Positions 23,189-41,603 of a DNA stretch of 64,000 nt are shown one piece after another. Position 1 is the stretch's first letter. Each line of letters starts with the position of its first letter. The position numbers and the translations under genes were made by a program. Location of the stretch: the NCBI GenBank assembly GCA_020891255.1, contig BQFW01000015.1, forward strand, positions 1,736,001 to 1,800,000, given 5' to 3'. This DNA comes from Entomortierella parvispora E1425. Lineage: Eukaryota; Fungi; Mortierellomycota. The notes under the pieces were generated by a model. That model was given only the letters and a program-made list of their open reading frames with translations. It was not told the DNA's origin and did not search any database.

Positions 23189-26079
23189 ATGTCCGAACAT
23201 CAGCATCGGCCCAACACTAAGCTCAAGCAGCAAAACAAGCCTTTCAAGTCCAAGCACTTGACAAAGAGCTCCTTGCGTGACAAGGAGAAGGGTACTTTCC
23301 GCTTTTATTTACCTATCGTTCCAATCCTTGTCATTCTTATCGGGTAGCAACTTGCTGACTCGACTCTGTTCCTTTTATTCCAGGCAAGGTTGAACGTGTT
23401 TCCGTCAAGACCCAGTCTACCCGTGGTATTTCCAACAGATTCGACCGTCGCAATGCCGCCCGTCTCCTCCAACAAAAGAAGCGCGAGGAATTGTTCAGAA
23501 AGACAAAGATTTTTGATGGCAAGAACGGCACTCCCAAGGTCATCGCCGTTGTTCCCCTTTGTGCGGATGTGAATGCTGATGATGCTGTTGCCAACCTCTT
23601 TGCCAGTGTGGAGCAGGTCCCCGCTAACAAGGGTGCAGTTCTCATGACGTAAGTGCGGAATGGTCTTTTGGAGGTTTGAGCTTGACATGGAAAAAAAAAA
23701 AAACAGGTTCTGACATGCTCTGGACGTTTGCCGCACCATTAGATCGGACCGATTCAAGCAAAAGCTTCAGTTCATTCCCCTTCAGCGCAACTATATCGAC
23801 ATCATGGACGCTGCCAAGGTTGCTGATTTCATTGTCTTTGTCATGTCTGCTGTGGAGGAGGTCGATGAGTTTGGATTGATGGTTTTGGCCGGTATTCAGT
23901 CTCAGGGAGTTCCTTCGGTTGTCCCCTCAGTCAACAACTTGGAGCAAATACCCATGAAGAAGCGCTCCGACATCAAAAAGTCGCTGTTGAGTTTCACCAC
24001 CCACTTCTTCCCCGAGGAGGACAAAGTGCACGCCCTTGACAACCCTTCGGAGGGTCTCAATGTCCTTCGTATGGTTGCCAACCAGCTCCCAAAGACCATT
24101 GCTTGGCGCGATACTCACTCTTACATGTTGGCAGAGTCTGTTGATTTCGTGAGCAACCCCTCTGACCCCTCTGTCGGTACTCTCAAGGTTACCGGTTATG
24201 CTCGCGGAACTCATTTCAACGCCAACCGTCTTGTCCACTTGCAGAACTTTGGAGACTATCAATTGGAGAAGATTACGTCTGCACCCGTCACTCACAGACC
24301 TGTTCATGTTAACAGCATGGATGCCGAGGGCACAGAGACTGTTCTGGATGCCCCTGTCGCCGAGTTGCAGGATGATTTGGCTGCCGAAAACGAGCCCGAT
24401 TTGCTCGGAAATGAGCAGACCTGGCCCACTGAGGAAGAGTTGATGGAGGCCGAAGGTAATTTTCGAGTGAGCAATACTTAATTGTCGTAGGAGATCGAGT
24501 TGACATCTAACCTCATGTTCCTATTTTACGAATGCAGAGCGTGTCAAGAACATGGACCCTAGCGAGAGACCCGAGCAGTCTTTCAACTCGGTTGCCCCCA
24601 AGAAGGCTATTAGACGTGTTCCCAAGGGAACCTCCAACTACCAGGCTGCCTGGATCATCGATTCTGATCACGAGAGCGATGACGAGCACGACGAGGATGA
24701 CATGGAGGAGGACGACCGCATGGATGATGATGATCTTCCCAGCGCTCGTGATAACGAGGATTCTGGCGAGGAGTATGAGGATCTTGAGGAGGAGGCCGAA
24801 GAGGAGGAAAAGGACGAGGAGGTTTACGAAGATGAGCTGGAGGATGAGGAGGAGGCGAGACAGTACGCTGCCTACCTTGAGCGCGAGAAGGAGAACAGAG
24901 ACGACATGGAGTTCCCAGATGAGGTTGAGGCACCAACAGATGTGGCAGCTCAGGTTCGCTTTGCTCGTTACCGTGCTCTCGAGTCCTTCAGAACCTCGCC
25001 TTGGGATCCTTATGAGAACTTGCCCCTGGATTATGGTCGTATCTTCCAGTTTGAGAACTTCCGCAGGACGAAGCATCGTGTCATGAACCAAGCCAAGGAG
25101 GGCGGTGTCCTTCCCGGCTTGCACATTACCCTCCACATCGCCAATGTCCCTGCCTCCATCATGGATACCTACTCGGCCGCTCGCCCCTTCATCGTGTTCG
25201 GCTTGTTGCAGTACGAGCACAAGATGGGAGTGATCAACTTCTTGGTCAACCGCAACTCTGAGTACGATGGCATCGTCAAGGCCAAGGATCCTTTGGTCCT
25301 CCACTGCGGATTTAGACGCTTTGTCGTCCGTCCCATCTTCTCACAGAACTCGCGCAACGGAAAGGGAACGAATAACGTCCACAAGAGCGAGCGTTTCCTT
25401 CAGCACGGTCGCAGCACTGTTGTTACTGTATACGCCCCTATTCAGTTTGGCAACTTGCCCGTCGTTCTTACAAGAGATACCGGTGATGTCAATGCTCCTG
25501 CCTTGGTCGCTACTGGAACCCTCATGGATGCCGACCCTAGACGTATTGTCGCCAAGAGAATTATCTTGACTGGCCATCCCTTCAAGGTGCACAAGCGTAC
25601 TGCCACCATTCGCTTCATGTTCTTCAACCCTGACGATGTCTGGTACTACAAGTCCGTGGAGCTTCGCACAAAGCATGGCCGCACTGGTCATATCAAGGAG
25701 AGTCTGGGAACACACGGATACTTCAAAGCGCAATGGTTAGTACCTTATGTTGATGACATTCATCCTTATTGGTTCCCCCTCTTATTTCGTGTTACTCACT
25801 CTCCATCTTTTCTGCATCGTCCACAGGGATCAACAAATTTCTATGCAAGATACCGTTATGATGTGTTTATGTAAGTTGGGGCTCACGGCTTGTGTATAAG
25901 GAACACCAGGTGATTGACATTCGATTCTTGTTATTGACTTTGCTTTTGTTTTATCATCCAATCATCCAATCATCCAAATAGACAAGAGAATCTATCCAAA
26001 GTGGGGCACGACCTTGTGGGTCAACCCAGCGGCTGGAGCTATCACCTCTGGTGCTGTCGAGAGCATGGATATGGACTAG
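23189..26079 (+). CDS. TSR1: Pre-40S ribosome biogenesis factor Tsr1 (Bms1/Tsr1 family)
   Basis: HQHRPNTKLKQQNKPFKSKH, MDAAKVAD, HLQNFGDYQLEKI, RFARYRALESFRTSPWDPYENLP, KRIILTGHPFKVHKR, GHIKESLGTHGYFK, LYKRIYPKW. Confidence 0.95.
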
Positions 26080-26191
26080 ATACCAAGATAGTCCTCCCCG
26101 AAAGCATTTGCATTTTTCATAATAACATCGCACTTTTTTATTGTCTATCATATCATTCCTGGTCTATGGGCGCCTTGAGGAAAGATGGCCT

Positions 26192-26975
26192 TTAGACCCT
26201 GACGCGATCAATGGCGGGGAATGTCAGTTTCGAAAGCGTCTTTCCTTCGTATGCCAACTCACAAGTGATGGTCTCTCCAGGAAGGACTCTGCCTACACCT
26301 TTGGGTGTGCCCGTGAGAATGACATCCCCTTCCTCCAGTCGCATGATAGAAGAGACGTTTTCAATCAATTCGGGAATACTAAAATGGAGCAATATGGTTG
26401 ATTAGGAGGAGTAATCAACAGCGCAGCAACGGCCAGATCAGGCCAAAAAAAAAAAAAAAAAAAAAAAAAATGGAAGAAAGAGAATGAGGTCCTCACCCAA
26501 AGATCATATCGCGTGTGTTTCCTTGCTGCTTCGTGACCCCGTCGATCTGGAGAAGAAGATCGACACTGTGGTGATCAGGGATATTGGCTTTGGGGATAAA
26601 GCTTCCGATGGGCGTGAACGTATCATAACCCTTGGAGGCACTCCAGGGTCTGCCCATCTTTTTAGCCTTTTCCTGAATGTCTCTTGCCGTCATATCCAGA
26701 GAAAGGGCGTATCCGGCGATGTATTCGTTCGCATCCTTGGCCTTGATGTCCCTTCCCTCTTTGCCAATGACCACAGCCAACTCTAGCTCATGATGAACCT
26801 CAGATCCGTCAGGAATTTCGATCGACTGACCGTCGGTGATATAAGAGGAGGTGGGCTTGAGAAAGAAGAAGGGGGATGTTGGGACGGCGTTGTTCAGTTC
26901 CTTTGCATGCTCGGCATAGTTACGACCGATAGCGATAATTTTGCGGCCAGTGCGGATAAAGTCTTGGGCAACCAT
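26192..26975 (-). CDS. FAHD1: Fumarylacetoacetate-hydrolase-domain protein (FAHD1/Fmp41-like), 2 exons
   Basis: KIIAIGRNYAEH, FFFLKPTSSY, EVHHELELAVVIG, LDMTARD, SKGYDTF, LEEGDVILTGTPKGVG. Confidence 0.92.
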
Positions 26976-27385
26976 TGCTAACAAATGGGGTGAATGAGGA
27001 GAGATGGGGAAGTGGTGCTGGCCGAGGACTAAGGTTGAGAGTGTGGGAAGAGTCCAAGGACAGAGTTCAGACGCGGTTCGAAGAGGCTAGCGAAGTCCCT
27101 CTGTCTAAATGCAACCTCCTCAATATGAATCGTCATCACTACGTCACTGAAAGTGTGTCAATCGCTGGCCCTTCATTCACAACAGATCAACTGTGCCCCC
27201 ATTGCATCATCGCTTGTTTCCTCTGTCCTTTGTCCGCGCACGCCCTTGCATCCTCCCCCCATCGGCGACCCCCTCTCTCTCCACCTTCCTCCCTCCCCCT
27301 TTCCACCCACTCACAAGGACCAGGAAACACTCAAATCACTTCCCCTCTTCACATTCCTCGGAAACCCTTCAGTAGACCACCAGCA

Positions 27386-35807
<8,422 letters not shown>

Positions 35808-36013
35808 TCGTACCTTTGTACCCTTCGTTGTTTGTTTCATTATTATCGTTCGTTTTGTCTTATTTTTCCCTGTTATTTCTATTTTGCTCAATAAATTTTC
35901 ATTCAATACATGATCCATCCATCCACTGCCTTTGTTCACAGAGCAGCAACATTTATTTACATGCCATAGCAACGGCGTTCTATATTGATAACCGACAGTG
36001 TCGAGTTGTCATT

Positions 36014-37040
36014 CTAGTTTGAGGAGCCACGCTTGGCCAAAACTCGGTCAAGAGCCTTAGCGACCATGGTCTCACCCTCCTCCCCATCCAAGAAGCGCTT
36101 GATCATAGCCTCGACACCTTTGCTAGCGTACTTGCCCATCATGTCGACCTCGACGTTGACCTGATCGCCAATGGCCTTTCTGGGCATGACGACCCTAGTC
36201 TGGGTATAGGCAATCATCATGATGGAGAAGGTTCTCTCGACATCATCGACATCAATGACTGTGAGGGAGGTGCCGTCAAGGCAGATAAAGCCCTTGGGGA
36301 CGATATAGTTCATGAGCTCCTTGTATTCCTCCGCGACCTTGAAGACAAAAGTAATGGCATTGCCGTCCTCGGTTCTGGAGAGGATCGAGACAGTGGTGTC
36401 AACATGGCCCTGGACCATGTGGCCTCCGAAACGCGTATGGGCGTTCATGGCACGCTCCAAGTTGACAGCATCGCCGACCTGGAGCGATCCTATAATATTG
36501 TTTGTTGATGGAGAAGACCGTTTTCGAGGTTAGATTGAATTGTAAGAGAAAAGAGACAACGAAATATTGCTTTTTAACGTTGAAGAGGAGGGAGCTTGGA
36601 CCGGTCTTTGGTCAGAAGGAGGAGACGGCGAACGAGGGGTAGAGGAGGTGAGCTTACCGAGGTTGGTCTTGCGCAGAGTCTCGGGAGCAACGCCGACCTT
36701 GAAGGAGGACGCATCGAATTCAGTCACAGTCAAGCATGTTCCTGGGAAAAAAAAAGCGCAGATCGAAAAAGAACGATAGAAATGGAAAAGAGTCAGCAGA
36801 GGAGTCAAACGGGCAAGAAGGGTATCTGCAGCATGCTAGCGAATCCAGCAAGGCCGATCAAGCTTCTATGAAAGATAGAACAATACCATTGACAGCGATG
36901 CTGTCGCCGAGATGGCAGTCGCCGAGGATCTCTGATGCGTCGCCGACGGTGATGCTGAATCCCTGTCCGCCTGACTCTGAGGAGTCAAGGGGGGCGATGT
37001 CGGTGATGCGACCGAGGATTTCGACGATGCCGGTGAACAT
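36014..37040 (-). CDS. RIB5: Riboflavin synthase (alpha chain), 3 exons
   Basis: MFTGIVE, LGDSIAVNG-TCLTV, APETLRKTNL, VNLERAM..RFGGHMVQGHVD, KGFICLDGTSLTV, VNVEVDMMGKY. Confidence 0.97.
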
Positions 37041-37608
37041 TATGAAGAAGAAGAGTGTTGGGTCGGGTGAGTGGGTGGGTGGGTGAGTGAAAGGATGAGT
37101 GAAAGGATGAATGGATGGATGGAAGAAGAAAAGAGAAGGAAAGAGGAAAGAGGGAATCAGAAAGAAAAAAGAAGCGAACCGTGTGCGCAGCGGAGGGAGC
37201 TGAACATTGTCCGTTTAAATTTGGTGGCGCTATATAGCTCAAATTGACTTCAGCAAAGGCGCGTCGCCCGCTTGGTGGCTGCGCTCAGTGCGAGGTCGGA
37301 TTTGTCACGGTGGAGAAGGTGGCTGGAGCTGATCGGCGCCGAGTCTCTGTCCGAGGACTTGCAGCTGCGTACAGCACAGCGTCTCGCCCCGTCGTTGGCC
37401 AAGGATACACTTAAAAAGAGCACCGCTCGTGACCCCCCGGAGACCTGCAGAACTCTGAAAGCCCCTCGACAGGTTTTCATGAGCCGGTAGCCCTGTCGAC
37501 TTTGTGTAATTCATTGCCAAGCTTTATTTCGGTGAGAACTCAGGAGGCGACTCGCCATATGTGGATTGTTACCTGGATCACCACCTGCACAGCTAAATTA
37601 TGACGACT

Positions 37609-37765
37609 TTTGTCAGACTACATCTTGCCAACGGCTCCCATCTTTGAATGTGTGGTAATCGCCATGTTTTGAATATGGCTTGCCATTGAAGAAGAAGTAA
37701 CTTCAACCTTTCAACGGCGACTTTCCCATTACAATACTATCTCATGGAGTATCATCAATCGCAAA
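37609..37765 (-). ncRNA. Weak candidate box C/D-like RNA in the RIB5-EMP24 intergenic region
   Basis: Minus-strand TGATGA (37752-37757) and CTGA (37613-37616) with a short tttg/caaa terminal stem, downstream of a GTAAGT donor at 37956; no rRNA guide convincingly identified. Confidence 0.2.
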
Positions 37766-38070
37766 TCTGAACATCCTTCTAAGTTTCGACGACAAGATCT
37801 GACCATGCCCTACTAGGGCACTTAAACTCGATGTTGGACTGAGGCTTTCGTACATATAGCCAACTTTTCGTCCGCTCTTCTAGAGTTCCTTTGCTCTGTC
37901 GACTGTAATTATGGAAGTCTTCAAGCGCTCTCTCTAACAACCAACGGGTTACTTACCTAGTTTTCAAAATCTGGAGTACGAATAAGCAGTGCAAAGTACA
38001 ACCCTCTCTTGCTTGAGGAGGAGAGAGACAGTGAAGGACTTAGGCAGCAGGTTGGGCTTTTCATATCAAA

Positions 38071-38089
38071 CCACGTCACATTCACGTGA
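38071..38089. promoter_or_regulatory. UPRE-like TGACGTGG (reverse strand) plus a TCACGTGA E-box upstream of the p24 gene
   Basis: CCACGTCA at 38071-38078 and TCACGTGA at 38082-38089, about 190 bp upstream of the ATG. Confidence 0.4.
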
Positions 38090-38270
38090 CTGACATTTTG
38101 GCCCAAGGGCGAGGGAAAGGGGCTGGATGCCTGGCAGGACTGGGTTGGTTGATGCATGATGATGATGATGATCAGCCTCGTTTCTTCTTTCTTTCTCTGA
38201 ACCCTACTTGACACACGCTCATCGTCTCGCCTTTTTTCATTCCTTTGTTCCCTTCATCACCTCTTTTGCC

Positions 38271-39327
38271 ATGCTCCGCAAACTCGCCGTCCTCACCTTT
38301 GCCCTCGTGGCCTCGATCCAGTCTGCGGCTGCATTCAACGTCATCGTCCCCGCCCAGGAACGCCGATGCTTCTTCGAGACGCTCGACAAGGGCGATAACC
38401 TCCACATCTCCTTCCAGGTCGGAGAGGGTGGTCATCTCGATGTTGACTTTTGGGTAAGGGTCCTTTCGTTTTTCTGGACCACTTCAACTGATCCTAGGCT
38501 CCATGTCCATTCTCAACACGACCCGAAGACGCGTACCATTGTTTCAACTGGATGGAGCTGGGTGCACATGTTGGACCGAAGCATGGAGATTGAAGTGACT
38601 CCAACAAGAGATGACATTGCAGAAAAGAAGAACTGGGCTTTTTTCACTGACAATTGTTCCCATTGACCATTTGTGATGCAGATCACCGATCCCACCGAGT
38701 CGCTTGTCGAGGATGCTAGAAAGAGTGCCTCTGCTACCTACAACCATGTCGCCACTCAGAAGGGCAAATACGAGTACTGCTTCAGCAACACCTTCTCAAC
38801 CCTCACGGAAAAGACTGTTGGATTCAATGTTCTTGTCATGAAGCCCCACAAGGAAGATCCAAGTAAGAACTAAGTCGCAGAGGCCTGCCTTTTCATTGTA
38901 TCGAAGGCAGATCGGGCAAGGATTGTCCTGGTGGCCCCTGTTTCATGATGTTGGACATAAGCACTTACATGTTGTATTGTTATATTGTAGCACACAAGTC
39001 TGACCCTCTGGACAACGAGATCCGTGAATTGGCTGCTGGAATTGAGGAGATCAAGAACGAGCAAGAGTACACTATGGCCCGCGAGAGAACCCATCGCAAC
39101 AGTACGTCTCCCTTCTTGACCTTGCCTTGCTATTCACTTTCCACGTACCTGTCGCAATCTCGGATCGAAGCTAACCTCTGTACTCTCTTGCTCAACAAAT
39201 AGCTGCCGAGAGCACGAACTCGCGTGTCGTGTGGTGGTCGCTGTTCCAGTCTGGCATCCTGTTCCTCGTCTGTGTCTTCCAGATCACATACTTGAAGCGC
39301 TTCTTCGAGGTCAAGCGCGTCGTTTAA
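38271..39327 (+). CDS. EMP24: p24/Emp24/TMED cargo receptor (GOLD domain), 4 exons
   Basis: Signal peptide, RRCFFETL, FQVGEGGHLDVDFW, GKYEYCFSN.FST, QEYTMARERTHRN-TAESTNSRVVWWS, QITYLKRFFEVKRVV. Confidence 0.93.
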
Positions 39328-39540
39328 TACCTCAGGACATTCATTTACCAGCCTACCCTCCAACATCCTAGTCTTCCACCTACTATCCCTCATACAATAC
39401 ACAATTGCAAACAACTTTTCCAATGCTTCCCTTCAATCACGTGAACACGTTCCTGAAAAGGCCAAAAAAATGAACCACACTCTTCTTCTCACCTCACGCT
39501 TTGCCATTGGGTTCTTCACACCTCGAGTTTTGTCCGCGCC

Positions 39541-41458
39541 ATGGATACATCAAAACTGAGCGAAGAGTATGTGCTGTCCTCTAGGAATGCATTCTCATTG
39601 TTCAGTGCCATGTCATGACCCCATTCATTGATTCTTATTGTTTCGTTCATCTCCATAACCTTTCCACCCTTGAAAAAAATGCCCTTCTGTAGAGAGGCAA
39701 GGGAGGTCCTCAGCAAGATGTTCACAGAGATAGGCAACACGTTCAACAGAATGCACGTCTCGTCCAGTAGTGATGATGAAGACATAGAGGATGATGATAC
39801 TACACGGGAAAAGGAAGAGAGTGCTCCAGAGGTGGCTGGTACGTTCGATACCATCTGAAAGATACAACATGCAGTTTGACCCCCCCACCCCCACCCCCAC
39901 CCCCCATTCCACAATTCGTTGTCTTACACGTCAGAGTGCATTGGCTATGAATTTTTTTATGATGACTCTAGTGTCTGCACCTGCGGAATCCACGGACACT
40001 GCCGAGCCCAAGAAAAAGCGCAAAAAGAAAAAGAAAAAAGCAGCAAAACCAGAGATTGATGACATTTTGGAGGAGAGTAGCAATATTCCCCCGGAGGAGC
40101 TCGAGATGTTTGACCCGTAAGGCCAAAGTCTGATTGTTGGATGCCATTGCCTTTATTGTTTCGATACACCCACTGAGCCATCTCGTCCTGACCATCATGT
40201 GCGCCGCCTTTTTTTTTTTTTGTTCTTTCTCTTTTGTTACGCCAACAAAATTAGCTCAAAGTCAGTCGCAGAAAGAGTCGAGCTTGCAGTGACCCGATTC
40301 CGAAAGAACCGTAACCTGAATCTCATCCGGGGCAAGATCTTTGCCGTCTATCTCGACTATGGCGGCATCCATACGGGCCCCAAGAGTTTCCAAGGCGGCG
40401 GCATGCAAACAGGAGGACCCAACGATGAAGGAGGCGAGCCTGATTTTGAGGCTATGAATGCAGGTGTGGATCGAGTCGACGATGATCCCGACTTGGTGGT
40501 CGACTTTACCAACGTTGTCGCCACGTTTCTCTCTCAATACTTTCTGGACTCGACGGGCTGGGTGGACAAAGTGTACTACACGGATACCCCTCTGGTGATC
40601 GCGGCTCTCCTCAACTACTTCTTGGTCCGGAATGTGCTTCCCGAACACACGGACGACCTCAAGGAGGCTTTTGCCATCACACAACGGGCAAAGATCGAAC
40701 TACCCAATATCAAGGACATTAGCAATGGGATCACAAGTCGCTTCGACAAGGCTTGCTCGGTCCTCTTTGGGGGCCAGTATTATGGATTTTTGGACGACGG
40801 TCAGTGGCAGAGTCCCGAATATTACATCAAGGAGCTGGGCATGGATAGGATGACTGCAGAGGCGATTGTTCAGTCTGTGACTGGTCCTGAAGTCGATATC
40901 CACGCCCTGAAACTCAAAGACACCGCCTTTATGGATCTTGAAATCGTGCGTGTCGAATTACCTGAGCAACCCCCACAGCCCGAGAAACCCGAGGAACCTG
41001 AAGCAGGAAAGGCGCAAAAGGAACAGGGACAGGATGAATCCTTGGCGGAAGCTGAGGCAAACGCTAAAAGTGTTGTCGGATCCACAGGAGATGACGCAGT
41101 TTCATCCGATGACCAACCCCAACCTCAGCAGGCAGTCCAAGAACCTTCGGATGCTTTGGCAGAGGCCGCCAAGGAGCTGCAGCGAATCAAGGAGGTCCCC
41201 ATGTTTGCCAAGGTCATCTTGACACACTGGGAACGCGAATATTCTTTGGATCAACCTCATTCTTCAGGCAACCAGCATCAACTGCATTGGTACTTTGACG
41301 CCGCCTTGGCAGCCAAGATGGTGCCTGGAATGAAGGTTGTGGCTCAGGTCCACACACTCTCAAATAGCTTGACGTATTTTGAGCAGACTGGCATTTATCC
41401 TTCTTACTACGTGGAGGCAGACGTGGACGAGACGCCTCTCGACGATTGGGAAGATTGA
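39541..41458 (+). CDS. ARB1: Argonaute siRNA chaperone (ARC) subunit Arb1-like, 4 exons
   Basis: ERVELAVTRFRKNR..IFAVYLDYGGI.TGPKSFQGG, VDFTNVVATFLS, LLNYFLVRNVLPE resemble the recalled Arb1 family pattern; Lys-rich KKKRKKKKKK before the domain. Confidence 0.75.
39880..39905 (-). other. G-quadruplex-forming (GGGGGT)n tract in an ARB1 intron
   Basis: Plus strand reads C7-A-C5-A-C5-A-C6, i.e. four G-runs with 1-nt loops on the minus strand. Confidence 0.6.
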
Positions 41459-41603
41459 TCACCTCATTTTCTATCACGCTGACCTATCCATGTACATAAA
41501 AAAATAGCAATGATGTGTAGATGTCATGACATGCTTTGTTTGAGTCGTTGACTATTATAGATTTGCTATGGAAGGGTCGTGAATTGCATTATTTTTTTTC
41601 TGT

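Noticed and set aside
37715-37735. GGGAAAGTCGCCG on the minus strand resembling RNase MRP CR-I
   Set aside because: No matching CR-V able to form the P4 helix at a suitable distance.
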